Below, piece after piece: positions 46,700-55,899 of a stretch of DNA of 64,000 nucleotides. A program made the position numbers and the translations under genes. How positions within the stretch are numbered: the stretch's first letter is position 1; every line of letters starts with the position of its first letter. Origin of the DNA: Chryseolinea sp. (GTDB taxonomy: Bacteria > Bacteroidota > Bacteroidia > Cytophagales > Cyclobacteriaceae); contig JBGSQQ010000030.1 of the NCBI GenBank assembly GCA_041737945.1, positions 139,253 through 203,252 on the forward strand, read 5' to 3'. Below the pieces are notes generated by a model, which was not told the origin of the DNA, made no database searches, and worked only from the letters and a program-made list of their open reading frames with translations.

Positions 46700-47125
46700 A
46701 TGAAAGCTTCCCCTAAAAAAACACAGCCAGTTTCCGATCAGGAGCAAGTAACGTCGCATATCCAAAAGTTAGACCCGCAGGTGGGCAAGATCGTTCAGTA
46801 TATAAGGAACGTAATACTGAGCACGGATAAGGAGATTGGTGAACGAATCAAATGGAATAATCCCAGCTTCTATTACACGGGAGAAATGGAAGCATTTGAC
46901 CCAAAAGAATACAAGAGAGATATTATCGTGTTCAACCTTTTTAAAGGCAGAATACTGCTCGTTTTCCCCAGTGGCGCAAAAGTCAACGACTCATCCGGAT
47001 TATTGGAGGGTGATTACAAGGATGGAAGGAGGACGGCGATCTTTACGGATATGGACGATGTAAAATCCAAAGAAAAAGCACTGCAAAAAGTGATAAAAGC
47101 GTGGCTGAAAACAGTAGACGAATAA
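46700..47125 (+). CDS. DUF1801 (YdhG-like) domain protein
   Basis: IGERIKWNNPSFYY, LVFPSGAKVNDSSGLLEGDYKDGRR. Confidence 0.85.
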   Translation: MKASPKKTQPVSDQEQVTSHIQKLDPQVGKIVQYIRNVILSTDKEIGERIKWNNPSFYYTGEMEAFDPKEYKRDIIVFNLFKGRILLVFPSGAKVNDSSGLLEGDYKDGRRTAIFTDMDDVKSKEKALQKVIKAWLKTVDE

Positions 47126-47128
47126 TTC

Positions 47129-47752
47129 CTAGTTAAGATACGAGGCCGATGTTTGGCTGGTTCGTATTGTTTTAGACGTAAATACAAGCGCCTGGAGTAC
47201 CACTAAAATAATTAGGATAATAGCAGACGCGAATTGCAACGATATTTTACCAGAAATGTACAGCATCTTTGCCCGGTCCATGATGAGTTTGGATTCCTCT
47301 AACTGAATGGAAGATAATTCATTCAACAGGACAAGTGCCTGATTTGCGTTTTGTGATTTAGACTGAACACTCTGATGATGTGCCGGTCCGAATTCGTTTA
47401 GAAGTCTTACGAATGAAGTAAACTTTATGTCCTCACTTTTTGTCAGCCTGGTTTTTTGATACGCATCACTGACTTTAGTGATATCGGAAAGCAGGTGGGC
47501 AATGCGGCCATCTGCCTCCTCGCCATTTGAAGGGGAGGCATTCAATGCTTCCTTTATTTGATAGATATCATTTGTCATTTTCAGAATATATCCTTCGGCA
47601 ATTAACCTGTCTTCATACAGAGTACTTATAGAATTCTGGACATGGTCGGTATGATCCCTGTCGATATAGTTGCTAAATAAGACCAACAGACAAAGTGAAA
47701 AGAGCGCCCCTGAGGCTACCATTTTATTGCTTACACTGTATGTCCATTTCAT
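47129..47752 (-). CDS. Stand-alone MCP four-helix-bundle (4HB_MCP-like) membrane protein
   Basis: TM, then SISTLYEDRLIAEGYI helical domain, then TM; no cytoplasmic signalling domain. Confidence 0.75.
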   Translation of the reverse strand: MKWTYSVSNKMVASGALFSLCLLVLFSNYIDRDHTDHVQNSISTLYEDRLIAEGYILKMTNDIYQIKEALNASPSNGEEADGRIAHLLSDITKVSDAYQKTRLTKSEDIKFTSFVRLLNEFGPAHHQSVQSKSQNANQALVLLNELSSIQLEESKLIMDRAKMLYISGKISLQFASAIILIILVVLQALVFTSKTIRTSQTSASYLN

Positions 47753-48264
47753 AATCCGGGGATAAGGTTGGAACTATCTTTTTGTCAAATGTCCTTCTCG
47801 GAAATTGCTTTTTCCTTTAAATCTTCCTGAAAATAGAGTTGATTCTCTACAGCAATTTGCCCAAAATGTATACCAACATAAATCCTGCAACGAGTGCTGA
47901 TTCGGTACTTCGTTGCCTTATATAGTGGCGAGATTTTACCCAGTGGAACTTTGTTCCCCATTAGAGTTGTGGACAGAGGGTGTTTTCCTGGCGCAGCTTC
48001 CATAAATCCACAGTTTTAAGGTTCTTTTCTCTGGCACCTCGCCGGATAGACTGGCCCATTGATTGCACGTCGTTTGCGTCTGGCTCCGATTTTAATAAGT
48101 TCATCGAAAAACGAAGCAGATTATACAAAGGGGTTAAACTTCTCGATGAGCCGATACGTGCTAGGAATAGCAGACGACGGGCCTTTCAGAGGCACGGATT
48201 TGGACAACGGCTTAAATTGGGATGTAACACGGAAATAACTTTCACAATATTAAATGGCGAATTT

Positions 48265-48531
48265 ATGGAAGTAACAGTGCATCAATTGAAAGAGGCGATT
48301 CGAAATGAAACGCGCGGGGTTGAAGAAATGATTGCGATGGCAAAGGACAAATACCGGATTGAAAGGGATGAGAAATACCTTAAGCGCATCAATGCATTGG
48401 AGCTCTTTCGTGAATCTAACGAACAGGTATTGAACCTGAATTGGGATGAGGTGTCACAAAAAGATATTCAGTCGTACTATTACACGTTGATAAGCCATCA
48501 GAATAAGTTTCAAACTTCGAACGGAGTGTAA
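48265..48531 (+). CDS. Small hypothetical protein
   Basis: MEVTVHQLKEAIRNETRGVEEMI... (88 aa), followed by a terminator. The longer upstream ORF extension looks non-coding. Confidence 0.55.
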   Translation: MEVTVHQLKEAIRNETRGVEEMIAMAKDKYRIERDEKYLKRINALELFRESNEQVLNLNWDEVSQKDIQSYYYTLISHQNKFQTSNGV

Positions 48532-48550
48532 AGCAGAAACACGACAAAAT

Positions 48551-48579
48551 AAAGGTCGGGCACATGCCTGACCTTTTTT
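48551..48579 (+). terminator. Rho-independent terminator
   Basis: AAAGGTCGGGCA-CA-TGCCTGACCTTTTTT. Confidence 0.75.
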
Positions 48580-48639
48580 CTTTTCCATACATCATTGGCG
48601 TGTTGAATGTGTTTCTTTACTTTTATAAAAACGTTCGCT

Positions 48640-48813
48640 ATGGCACTCTCCAAACTTACGAAGGCAACACTGTTGGCCAGGATGGACGAAAAGATTCAAA
48701 ACCTTAACCTTCTCAAAGCCGCGTTGCAGACGGAGACCCATATCAAGCAGGCTGATTTACTGGCCTACAAAAGTAAGTTTGAAGCAGAGCTGAAGCCTTC
48801 AGGCAAGAAATAA
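48640..48813 (+). CDS. Small helical hypothetical protein (57 aa)
   Basis: MALSKLTKATLLARMDEKIQNLNLLK..., amphipathic helical pattern. Confidence 0.5.
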   Translation: MALSKLTKATLLARMDEKIQNLNLLKAALQTETHIKQADLLAYKSKFEAELKPSGKK

Positions 48814-48865
48814 AGTCAGAGTAGCTGGCAATTGGTAGTCAGGTCGTATGGTTTAAACTCAGACA

Positions 48866-49357
48866 ATGACAAAGCACGTTTTACTAATTGCACTCTTAAC
48901 TGGATTGCTGGGAATGTTGAGTTGTAACTCCAGGACAAGTAAGGAGGGTATACAGACTCAAAACAACCATCAAGATATGAACGTTACAGACGAAACTTTA
49001 AAACAAATCCTCGAGGCATTCAACCGACACGACCTTGATGCCATAATGGAATTTTTCTCCGATGATTGCTCATTTGATTTTCCACGAGGTCCTGAATCCT
49101 TTGGTCAACGTTTCATTGGCAAGGCAAAGGTGCGCGAAGCACTTGCAGGTCGGTTCAAAGGTATTCCTGATGTTCATTATGGCGACGACCGTCATTGGAC
49201 TTCAACCGATGGGAGCAGAGGAGTCTCGGAATGGACCCTTACCGGGACTACTACTTCCGGACAAAAAATCGAAGTCCGAGGTTGTGACCTTTGGGAGTTT
49301 CACAATGGCAATGTTTCCCGAAAAGATTCCTACTGGAAGATCGTTGAGCCTAAATAA
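48866..49357 (+). CDS. SnoaL/NTF2-like fold protein with lipoprotein-like leader
   Basis: EAFNRHDLDAIMEFFSDD, GVSEWTLTGT...EVRGCDLWEF..G.VSRKDSYWK; LLSC lipobox. Confidence 0.85.
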   Translation: MTKHVLLIALLTGLLGMLSCNSRTSKEGIQTQNNHQDMNVTDETLKQILEAFNRHDLDAIMEFFSDDCSFDFPRGPESFGQRFIGKAKVREALAGRFKGIPDVHYGDDRHWTSTDGSRGVSEWTLTGTTTSGQKIEVRGCDLWEFHNGNVSRKDSYWKIVEPK

Positions 49358-49389
49358 ACAGATCGGAGTTGAATTTCCAGCCCGCCACT

Positions 49390-49444
49390 CATAACTCAAC
49401 ACTTTAATACCTATTCCCTATTCCCTATTCCCTATTCCTTATTC
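49390..49444 (+). repeat. Heptamer tandem repeat (CCTATTC)5
   Basis: CCTATTC x4 plus CTTATTC at 49410-49444, preceded by CATAACT. Confidence 0.9.
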
Positions 49445-49597
49445 CCCCGATCAATCGTGTAAAAAATTCCACAGATCGAATAAAGAATTCCACTTTTCAA
49501 TTCGAATGAGCGGCCATTAACCGTTAAACGAGGAGGCAAAAATCTGGCACCTTTCTTTATTGGCATTCCATTATAATTCACTTTACCCCAGAATAAT

Positions 49598-50062
49598 ATG
49601 GATAACAAAAAATCAATTGACGTATTGAACACACTCATCGAAATTAACAATGATCGGATTGAAGGGTATGAAACCGCTTCAAAGGAAACGGACGAACCGG
49701 ATTTGATAAAGCTGTTCACTCAGTTGGTGGCATCCAGCGATGAATGTAACGCCGAACTTATTGAAGAGGTAGAAAACATGGGAGGCACCCCGGCCGAAAA
49801 TACGAGAACCACGGGGAAATTCTTCAAAACCTGGACGGACTTCAAAATCGCACTGGCAAGTAAGGATCGGAGAGCTATTCTTGATTCCTGTGAGTATGGC
49901 GAGGACGTTGCCGTAAACACCTACAAAAGAGTTTTGGACAATTGCTCCGAGGACTTAAGCCTGGAACACGTATCCATGATAAGAGATCAATGTGCCTGGT
50001 TAACGGTGGATCGTGACACGGTAAAGGCGATGAGGGGCTCGCTGGTGGAGTCCAGATCGTAG
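49598..50062 (+). CDS. PA2169/DUF2383 family four-helix-bundle (ferritin-like) protein
   Basis: LNTLIEINNDRIEGYE.A, ILDSCEYGED.A..TY. Confidence 0.9.
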   Translation: MDNKKSIDVLNTLIEINNDRIEGYETASKETDEPDLIKLFTQLVASSDECNAELIEEVENMGGTPAENTRTTGKFFKTWTDFKIALASKDRRAILDSCEYGEDVAVNTYKRVLDNCSEDLSLEHVSMIRDQCAWLTVDRDTVKAMRGSLVESRS

Positions 50063-50066
50063 TCAC

Positions 50067-50103
50067 AAAAAAACGGAAGAGATTTATTTCTTCCGTTTTT
50101 TTT
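50067..50103. terminator. Bidirectional terminator
   Basis: AAAAAAACGGAAGA...TCTTCCGTTTTTTT between convergent genes. Confidence 0.88.
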
Positions 50104-50126
50104 ATTCGTAGTGTGTAAAAGGTATT

Positions 50127-50543
50127 TTAATCTGTTTTGTCTGCCAGAGACCGAAAGACCTGCCTGTCACCTTCTCCGGTTTGTTCTCCGGTCCAACGAA
50201 TAGCCTGTACGATTTTGTCGTACGTAAATGCCTTGAACTCACCGGGAACAACTTTTCTAAAAGCCTCAGTTACCCAAATCACTTCACTGGAGTCTGCAAC
50301 CACCGCCACGCGATTCCATTTGTCCTGGGTGTTTAGCTTAACCAGCGCGTCATTCATCAACTCCGGGATGGTGATATGCCTGATCGGCGTACAAAGCACA
50401 AAAAGATAATTCAGTCTATCGGTGCGTTGTACAAATTCAGATACTGCCGGTAGCACAATTTTATCGAATTCGTCATTGGTGACCTCTGCCGTAGCCAGGA
50501 ATCCCACCATCGTATTTGGCGTATTTTTAAGCTCTCGTATCAT
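50127..50543 (-). CDS. SpoIIAA-like (STAS/SEC14) domain protein
   Basis: VGFLATAEVTNDEFD..VLP, WNRVAVV.D, FKAF. Probable start MIREL at 50543. Confidence 0.85.
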   Translation of the reverse strand: MIRELKNTPNTMVGFLATAEVTNDEFDKIVLPAVSEFVQRTDRLNYLFVLCTPIRHITIPELMNDALVKLNTQDKWNRVAVVADSSEVIWVTEAFRKVVPGEFKAFTYDKIVQAIRWTGEQTGEGDRQVFRSLADKTD

Positions 50544-50571
50544 CTGATCGATCGGTTGGTGGTTTTGGTAA

Positions 50572-50994
50572 TTAATACTCTGATCCGGCATTCTGACCCA
50601 TAAAACCTCCCCAATAATTCCGGGTCTTTTCCATGGATTGTGAGTTGGTTTCCGGCCAGTGTTCTTTGTCAAATCCGGGCGCATTTTCCAGTACTTCCTT
50701 TTCCTGATCCAAAATAAAGGCGTGACGGGAAGTATCCAGCTTCAGCACATTAAACGGAACGGCGAATAATTTTTCTCCGATACCCAGAAACCCTCCGTAC
50801 TCAATAACCATATATTCAATTCTACCGTCGTTAAGATTTAGCATCACATCCTTAATATCTCCTAACTTCTCATCGGTAGTATTGTAAACCGTATTGCCAA
50901 TAAGGGTCAAGGCTGTTAGATACTTTACGGGCGTGTTTGCCAGATTTCCACTGTCATTTACGCCGGTGATGTTGTCATTCTCCAGGTTTTTCAT
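50572..50994 (-). CDS. PRC-barrel domain protein
   Basis: LIGNTVYN..DEKLGDIKDVML....GRIEYMVIEYGGFLGIGEKLFAVPF. Confidence 0.93.
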   Translation of the reverse strand: MKNLENDNITGVNDSGNLANTPVKYLTALTLIGNTVYNTTDEKLGDIKDVMLNLNDGRIEYMVIEYGGFLGIGEKLFAVPFNVLKLDTSRHAFILDQEKEVLENAPGFDKEHWPETNSQSMEKTRNYWGGFMGQNAGSEY

Positions 50995-51204
50995 AGTTAG
51001 TTTTTTTTTAGATTTCCGAAGTTATTTTAGCACATTCTTCCAAATCCTTTAATGAAATCTAGTGCCAGATTTTAATGCTGCGAATGTCCGTTATTTTATA
51101 GGAAAACGGCTTGTTCGTGCAGCAGGTGTGTAATAAAGTTCACGCTCGGACATTGTCTGTGTACATTCATACCCGCATCTATTGTTATCCATTGTTTATG
51201 CAGG

Positions 51205-52101
51205 CTATTTTGCGAAGGCATCGTCATAAGTGACCTTTGCCTGTTGAGTTTGCGCAACCGGTATTTTTGTTATTAAGAATCTCACCAGGTCAGCATTCAG
51301 CTTTTCCTTTTCTGTATAGAATAAACCATGCGGCGCTCCTTCATAAACAATAAGTGTATTGTTCGGGATTGACTTAGCGGATTGTTTCGCTGTTGCTTCA
51401 ATTGGCACTGTCTTATCCGCGTCGCCGTGAATGATTAATGTGGGTACATTAATCAACTTCATTTCGCTTCTGAAATCTGTGCCGGAGAATGCTTTTACAC
51501 ATTCTGACGTTGCCCGTGGAGAGGCGACAGCGCACAAACTGCGATAGTATTCCAATAATGGCTTGCTTATCGGACTATTTATCAAAGTCACTCCAAAAAA
51601 AGTCTGTCCGAACTCTTCAAGAAATCCAATCCGGTCCTCTGCCAGTTCATTTCTCTTAGAATCAAACACGTCCTCTGGCACGCCATCGGGATTGCTGTCA
51701 GTTTTTAACATATAAGGCGTTATGGCGGATATCAGAACAACTTTAGAAATATGAACACCGCCATGGCGGCTAAAATACCGAACTACTTCACCACCACCCA
51801 TTGAGAAGCCAATCAGGGTAACATCTTCGAGTTCGAGTTGATCGATCAAAGCCTTCAAATCATCGGAAAGGGTATTGTAATCATATCCATCCCACGGTTG
51901 AGAGGATCTGCCAAAACCACGTCTGTCATATGCAATGACCCGATGACCACTGTTGACGAGCGCGTTGAGTTGGTATTCCCACATTTCTTTACTCAACGGC
52001 CATCCTGAGATAAGGATCACAGGTTTTCCTGTTCCGTAGTCACTATAGTTGATGTGCACCGGCTTGCCGGAAGAATCAGTACTGGTTTGTATGAAATTCA
52101 T
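51205..52101 (-). CDS. Alpha/beta hydrolase (non-heme haloperoxidase/arylesterase type)
   Basis: GWPLS..MWEYQ, YDRRGFGRS, GFSMGGG nucleophile, IHGDADKTVP and GAPHG. Probable start at 52101. Confidence 0.93.
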   Translation of the reverse strand: MNFIQTSTDSSGKPVHINYSDYGTGKPVILISGWPLSKEMWEYQLNALVNSGHRVIAYDRRGFGRSSQPWDGYDYNTLSDDLKALIDQLELEDVTLIGFSMGGGEVVRYFSRHGGVHISKVVLISAITPYMLKTDSNPDGVPEDVFDSKRNELAEDRIGFLEEFGQTFFGVTLINSPISKPLLEYYRSLCAVASPRATSECVKAFSGTDFRSEMKLINVPTLIIHGDADKTVPIEATAKQSAKSIPNNTLIVYEGAPHGLFYTEKEKLNADLVRFLITKIPVAQTQQAKVTYDDAFAK

Positions 52102-52303
52102 AAGTTTTATTTTAAAGATGTTATTCAAGAGAACCCAGAAACGTACCAATGCCATCAGACATTCAAATCGGCCGTAGGCTGGCTAAGATTAATTTGCGCT
52201 GTAGACATTAACGGAATGGTGTGGAGTATTCTCTACCACGATACCTCGTATCCTTAGGTTGAGCTCACTTCAAGGTCCATTCATCAACCCAAGCATTGCT
52301 GGC

Positions 52304-52390
52304 CATAAGCCATAACCCATAACCCATAACCCATAACTCATAACTCATAACTTTCTCCCTATACCCTATACCTCTATCCCCCCATACCCA
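52304..52390 (+). repeat. Heptamer tandem repeats (CATAACY)7 then (CCCTATA)n
   Basis: Seven CATAA(G/C)(C/T) units at 52304-52352; CCCTATA x2 at 52357-52370 plus degenerate copies. Confidence 0.9.
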
Positions 52391-52489
52391 ACCTCCGGAC
52401 CCTAAATTTCCCCCTATCCGTCATGCCAGAATCTTAAATATTAGTAGTAAATATGGACCTTGAAAATTATGACCAAATAAAACGCTCCT

Positions 52490-53728
52490 ATGACGATCAA
52501 ACCATTCAAAGGATTCCGTCCCGTTGAAGACAAAGTGAAAGCAGTAGCCTCGCGTCCGTACGATGTATTAAATTCCGAGGAAGCTCGTGAGGAGGCAAAA
52601 GGAAATCCATGGTCGTTTCTGAATGTTGTTAAACCGGAGATAACCCTTCCGCTGGAGACCGACCATTACAGCATGGCTGTTTATGAAGCGGGTAGGAATA
52701 ATTTTCAAAAGCTGGTGAAGGAAGGCGTGTTCATTCAGGATAAGGAAGAATGCCTTTATATATATGAGCTGATCATGGATGGCCGGCCGCAAAACGGCAT
52801 TGTTGCCTGTGCCTCCGTGGAGGATTATATGGAGGGTAGAATTAAGAAACACGAACTTACCCGGCCGGACAAAGAAACTGACCGCAAGAATCATGTTCGC
52901 GTCTCCATGATGCATGCTGAACCGGTGTTCTTCGCGTACCCGGCTAATAAAACACTTGATGAGCTTGTTGAGGCGATCAAACAAGCCAGGCCGGATTATT
53001 CGTTTGTTGCTGATGATAATATTGAACACCGTTTCTGGGTGGTCAGCAATGTTGATCAAATCAAGAGTATTGTTACAGCATTCGAAAAAATGCCGGCCAC
53101 ATATGTCGCGGATGGGCACCACCGTACCGCGGCTGCAGCGCTAGTGGGAAATGATCTGAAAAAGGAAAACCCAAACCACACCGGAAGTGAATCGTATAAT
53201 TATTTCCTGGCCGTTCACTTCCCGGACAATCAGCTGGCCATATTGGATTACAACCGCGTAGTAAAAGACCTCAATGGCAATACGGCGCAAGCATTCCTAA
53301 ACGGACTAGCCAGTTCTTTTGTGGTTGAGAAAAAAGGGAAAGACGCATACCGGCCATCGCGCCTCCACGAATTCAGCATGTATCTGGAGGGAGACTGGTA
53401 TGCGCTGATGGCAAAGCCCGGCATGTACAATGACCAGGATTCTATCGGTGTGCTCGACGTAACCATACTTTCGGAAAAAGTTTTAAAGCCCCTTCTCAAT
53501 ATTCATGACCTGCGCACGGATAAGCGAATTGATTTCGTTGGTGGTATGCGAGGTCTCAAAGAACTGGAACGACGAGTGGATAGCGGTGAGATGGCTGTAG
53601 CCTTTGCCCTTTACCCGGTTTCTATGAAACAATTGACAGACATTGCCGACAGTGGTGAGATCATGCCACCCAAGACCACCTGGTTTGAACCCAAATTACG
53701 AAGCGGGTTGGTTGTCCATACGTTTTAA
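52490..53728 (+). CDS. DUF1015 family protein
   Basis: IKPFKGFRP, SRPYDV, IKKHELTRPDKE.DR, YVADGHHR and MPPKTTWFEPKLRSGL. Confidence 0.93.
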   Translation: MTIKPFKGFRPVEDKVKAVASRPYDVLNSEEAREEAKGNPWSFLNVVKPEITLPLETDHYSMAVYEAGRNNFQKLVKEGVFIQDKEECLYIYELIMDGRPQNGIVACASVEDYMEGRIKKHELTRPDKETDRKNHVRVSMMHAEPVFFAYPANKTLDELVEAIKQARPDYSFVADDNIEHRFWVVSNVDQIKSIVTAFEKMPATYVADGHHRTAAAALVGNDLKKENPNHTGSESYNYFLAVHFPDNQLAILDYNRVVKDLNGNTAQAFLNGLASSFVVEKKGKDAYRPSRLHEFSMYLEGDWYALMAKPGMYNDQDSIGVLDVTILSEKVLKPLLNIHDLRTDKRIDFVGGMRGLKELERRVDSGEMAVAFALYPVSMKQLTDIADSGEIMPPKTTWFEPKLRSGLVVHTF

Positions 53729-53788
53729 ATAAACACGAAAACAGTATCGTCGCATATGAATGCCGGTCGCAACGATCGCTCCTTCCAG

Positions 53789-54481
53789 CTAGTTCGTACT
53801 TAGCTGGGCGTCCAGGGCGTTGGTGTTGCCTGACGGTGGATTGACAAATCCCCAGACTATAATATTATAGAACCAGCCGCTCTGAAGCTGAGCATTAGGA
53901 ATTTCATCGACAACAATCCCTCCGCTAACGATCTCAAAATGATAGGCCTTTCCTTCAATGTCCATGAAGCTTGAGGCATCGGTAAAGGATTGACCAACCG
54001 TTAACGGAAGTGCTACGTCTTTTATCTTGAGCTGGATAGGGTTGCTGTCGGGCGAAAGATTAATAAAGCGGATCTTGGCATTGCCTGCAGCGGGAGGGCT
54101 CGGGTCATCAAACAGCGTCATAACGCGGGCACTTTCAAAGTCATCGATGACAAAAAGGGAAAAATTTTCGTCCGGCTCGAAAGTGAGCATAGTATCAATT
54201 GGCGTTGAGGTTCCTCCGAAAAGCCTGAATTTCAAATTTCGGGTGCCCGCGGAAAATAGCAGGTATCCGGTATTTAAGCCGTACTTAAACGGCACCGTAT
54301 TTATCTTTTTGTCATCCACAAGAATATCCAGGTCAGGCGTATCGGGTGAAGAATGATACAGGGATACACGGGAAAGTGGACCCGTATCAACAGAATCGTC
54401 ATCTATTTTACAACTGATGCAAAAATTCACTAAAATAAAAGCCATCAACGTCGCAACACCTATCCTGTACATTCTCTTCAT
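53789..54481 (-). CDS. DUF4397 domain lipoprotein
   Basis: Lipobox CISC, RVSLYHSSPDTPDLDI and AKIRFINLSPDS. Confidence 0.88.
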   Translation of the reverse strand: MKRMYRIGVATLMAFILVNFCISCKIDDDSVDTGPLSRVSLYHSSPDTPDLDILVDDKKINTVPFKYGLNTGYLLFSAGTRNLKFRLFGGTSTPIDTMLTFEPDENFSLFVIDDFESARVMTLFDDPSPPAAGNAKIRFINLSPDSNPIQLKIKDVALPLTVGQSFTDASSFMDIEGKAYHFEIVSGGIVVDEIPNAQLQSGWFYNIIVWGFVNPPSGNTNALDAQLSTN

Positions 54482-54818
54482 GGTACCTTAATATTTTACT
54501 AATTCCCTATAACGAGGATAAGTTCCCCGCAGTATGGTTTCGGCCGAAATTTACCAATCGGAAATGCAATTGACAATACATGGAGCAAAGATGATTTGGA
54601 GCCAAATTTCGGATCAGGCTATTTAACACCGGGCTCGTTGAATATTATAAAACGATCCGTTTTCAGGGTACCCTGACTTTCGTGCACCAGTCACTTAAAT
54701 TTGAACCGATCCACGGTCAGGCGATTGAAGTGATGGGTATCTGATGTATCTTATATCCGATTCATTTGACTTATTTGAATCACAAGGGTTAATTTCGACG
54801 AAAAGAGAGCGTGCACGT

Positions 54819-55664
54819 ATGAAAAAAATATTCTGGCTGCTGTTGATAATTGGTTTTGGCTGTGAGCAGTCAACTAACAAGGATGCTGAGGAGTGGATCA
54901 AACTTTTTAATGGCCGTGATCTGGAAGATTGGCACGTGAAGATCAGCAATTTTGAACTTGATGATAATTTCGGAAATACCTTTCGGGTAGAAGATAGTCT
55001 CTTAAAAGTGCGCTATGATGCCTATGATTCTTTCCGCAATCAGTTCGGCCACCTGTTTTATAAGCAGAAATTTTCTCATTACAAGCTTGTTATTGAATAC
55101 CGTTTCACGGGTGACCAATGCCCGGGTGGACCAGGTTGGGCACGTCGCAACAGTGGAGTAATGTATCATTGCCAGGACCCAACAACGATGTTTAAGGAGC
55201 AGGACTTTCCGATTAGCCTGGAAGGGCAATTTCTCGGCGGACTAGGGGAGGGCCCCAGATCTACGGCCAACTTGTGTACTCCGGGAACAAACGTGCATAT
55301 GGCCGATACGCTTTTTACACCGCATTGTATTAATTCGAAATCGAAAACCTACGACGGAGATACCTGGGTGAGCGTGGAATTTTTGGTGCTTGGCGATTCT
55401 GTTGTCAGGCATTATGTAGAGTCAGACAACGTATTGGAATTTACCAGACCGGAGATCGGCGGTGGCAATGTGGACAGCTATGATTCGCTCATCAAATTGG
55501 ACGGAACGTCGCTTGCGGAGGGATTTATTGCTTTACAAAGTGAGTCGCATCCCATTGAATTCAGAAAAGTGGAGTTGCTTAATCTGAGGGGATGCAAAGA
55601 CCCTAAGGCAAAGAACTTCAAGTCCTATTATGTGGTAAACGACAGTGAATCTTGCACGTACTAA
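54819..55664 (+). CDS. DUF1080 (3-keto-disaccharide hydrolase-like) lipoprotein
   Basis: WIKLFNGRDLEDW, NSGVMYH and GFIALQSESHPIEFRKV. Probable start MKKIFW at 54819. Confidence 0.92.
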   Translation: MKKIFWLLLIIGFGCEQSTNKDAEEWIKLFNGRDLEDWHVKISNFELDDNFGNTFRVEDSLLKVRYDAYDSFRNQFGHLFYKQKFSHYKLVIEYRFTGDQCPGGPGWARRNSGVMYHCQDPTTMFKEQDFPISLEGQFLGGLGEGPRSTANLCTPGTNVHMADTLFTPHCINSKSKTYDGDTWVSVEFLVLGDSVVRHYVESDNVLEFTRPEIGGGNVDSYDSLIKLDGTSLAEGFIALQSESHPIEFRKVELLNLRGCKDPKAKNFKSYYVVNDSESCTY

Positions 55665-55899
55665 TCCCCGATTGATACCGTTTTTCCGCGTCCTCTGCGT
55701 GCATTCTTCCGCGCCCTTTGGGTGAACACTCCCACACCCACACTCACTCTCACCTTTTTCTGAAGATGTTGAAGGTCGATGAGTCGTACCCCGAATTTTT
55801 AAACGCAAAGTACACAGCGAAAAACCACGCAGATACCGCAGAGGTTTCAGGATCATCTGCATTGAAAAAAAAATCGTATGATTGTTTAAAAGTAATTGA

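Noticed and set aside
47785-48264. ORF 47785-48003 (-) and the N-terminal extension of ORF 47980-48531
   Set aside because: No recognisable motifs, and overlapping short frames on both strands. Could be a decayed gene but cannot be supported.
52490-53728. DUF1015 as part of a serine-biosynthesis operon
   Set aside because: No serC or serA adjacent in this window, so the usual context cannot be claimed.
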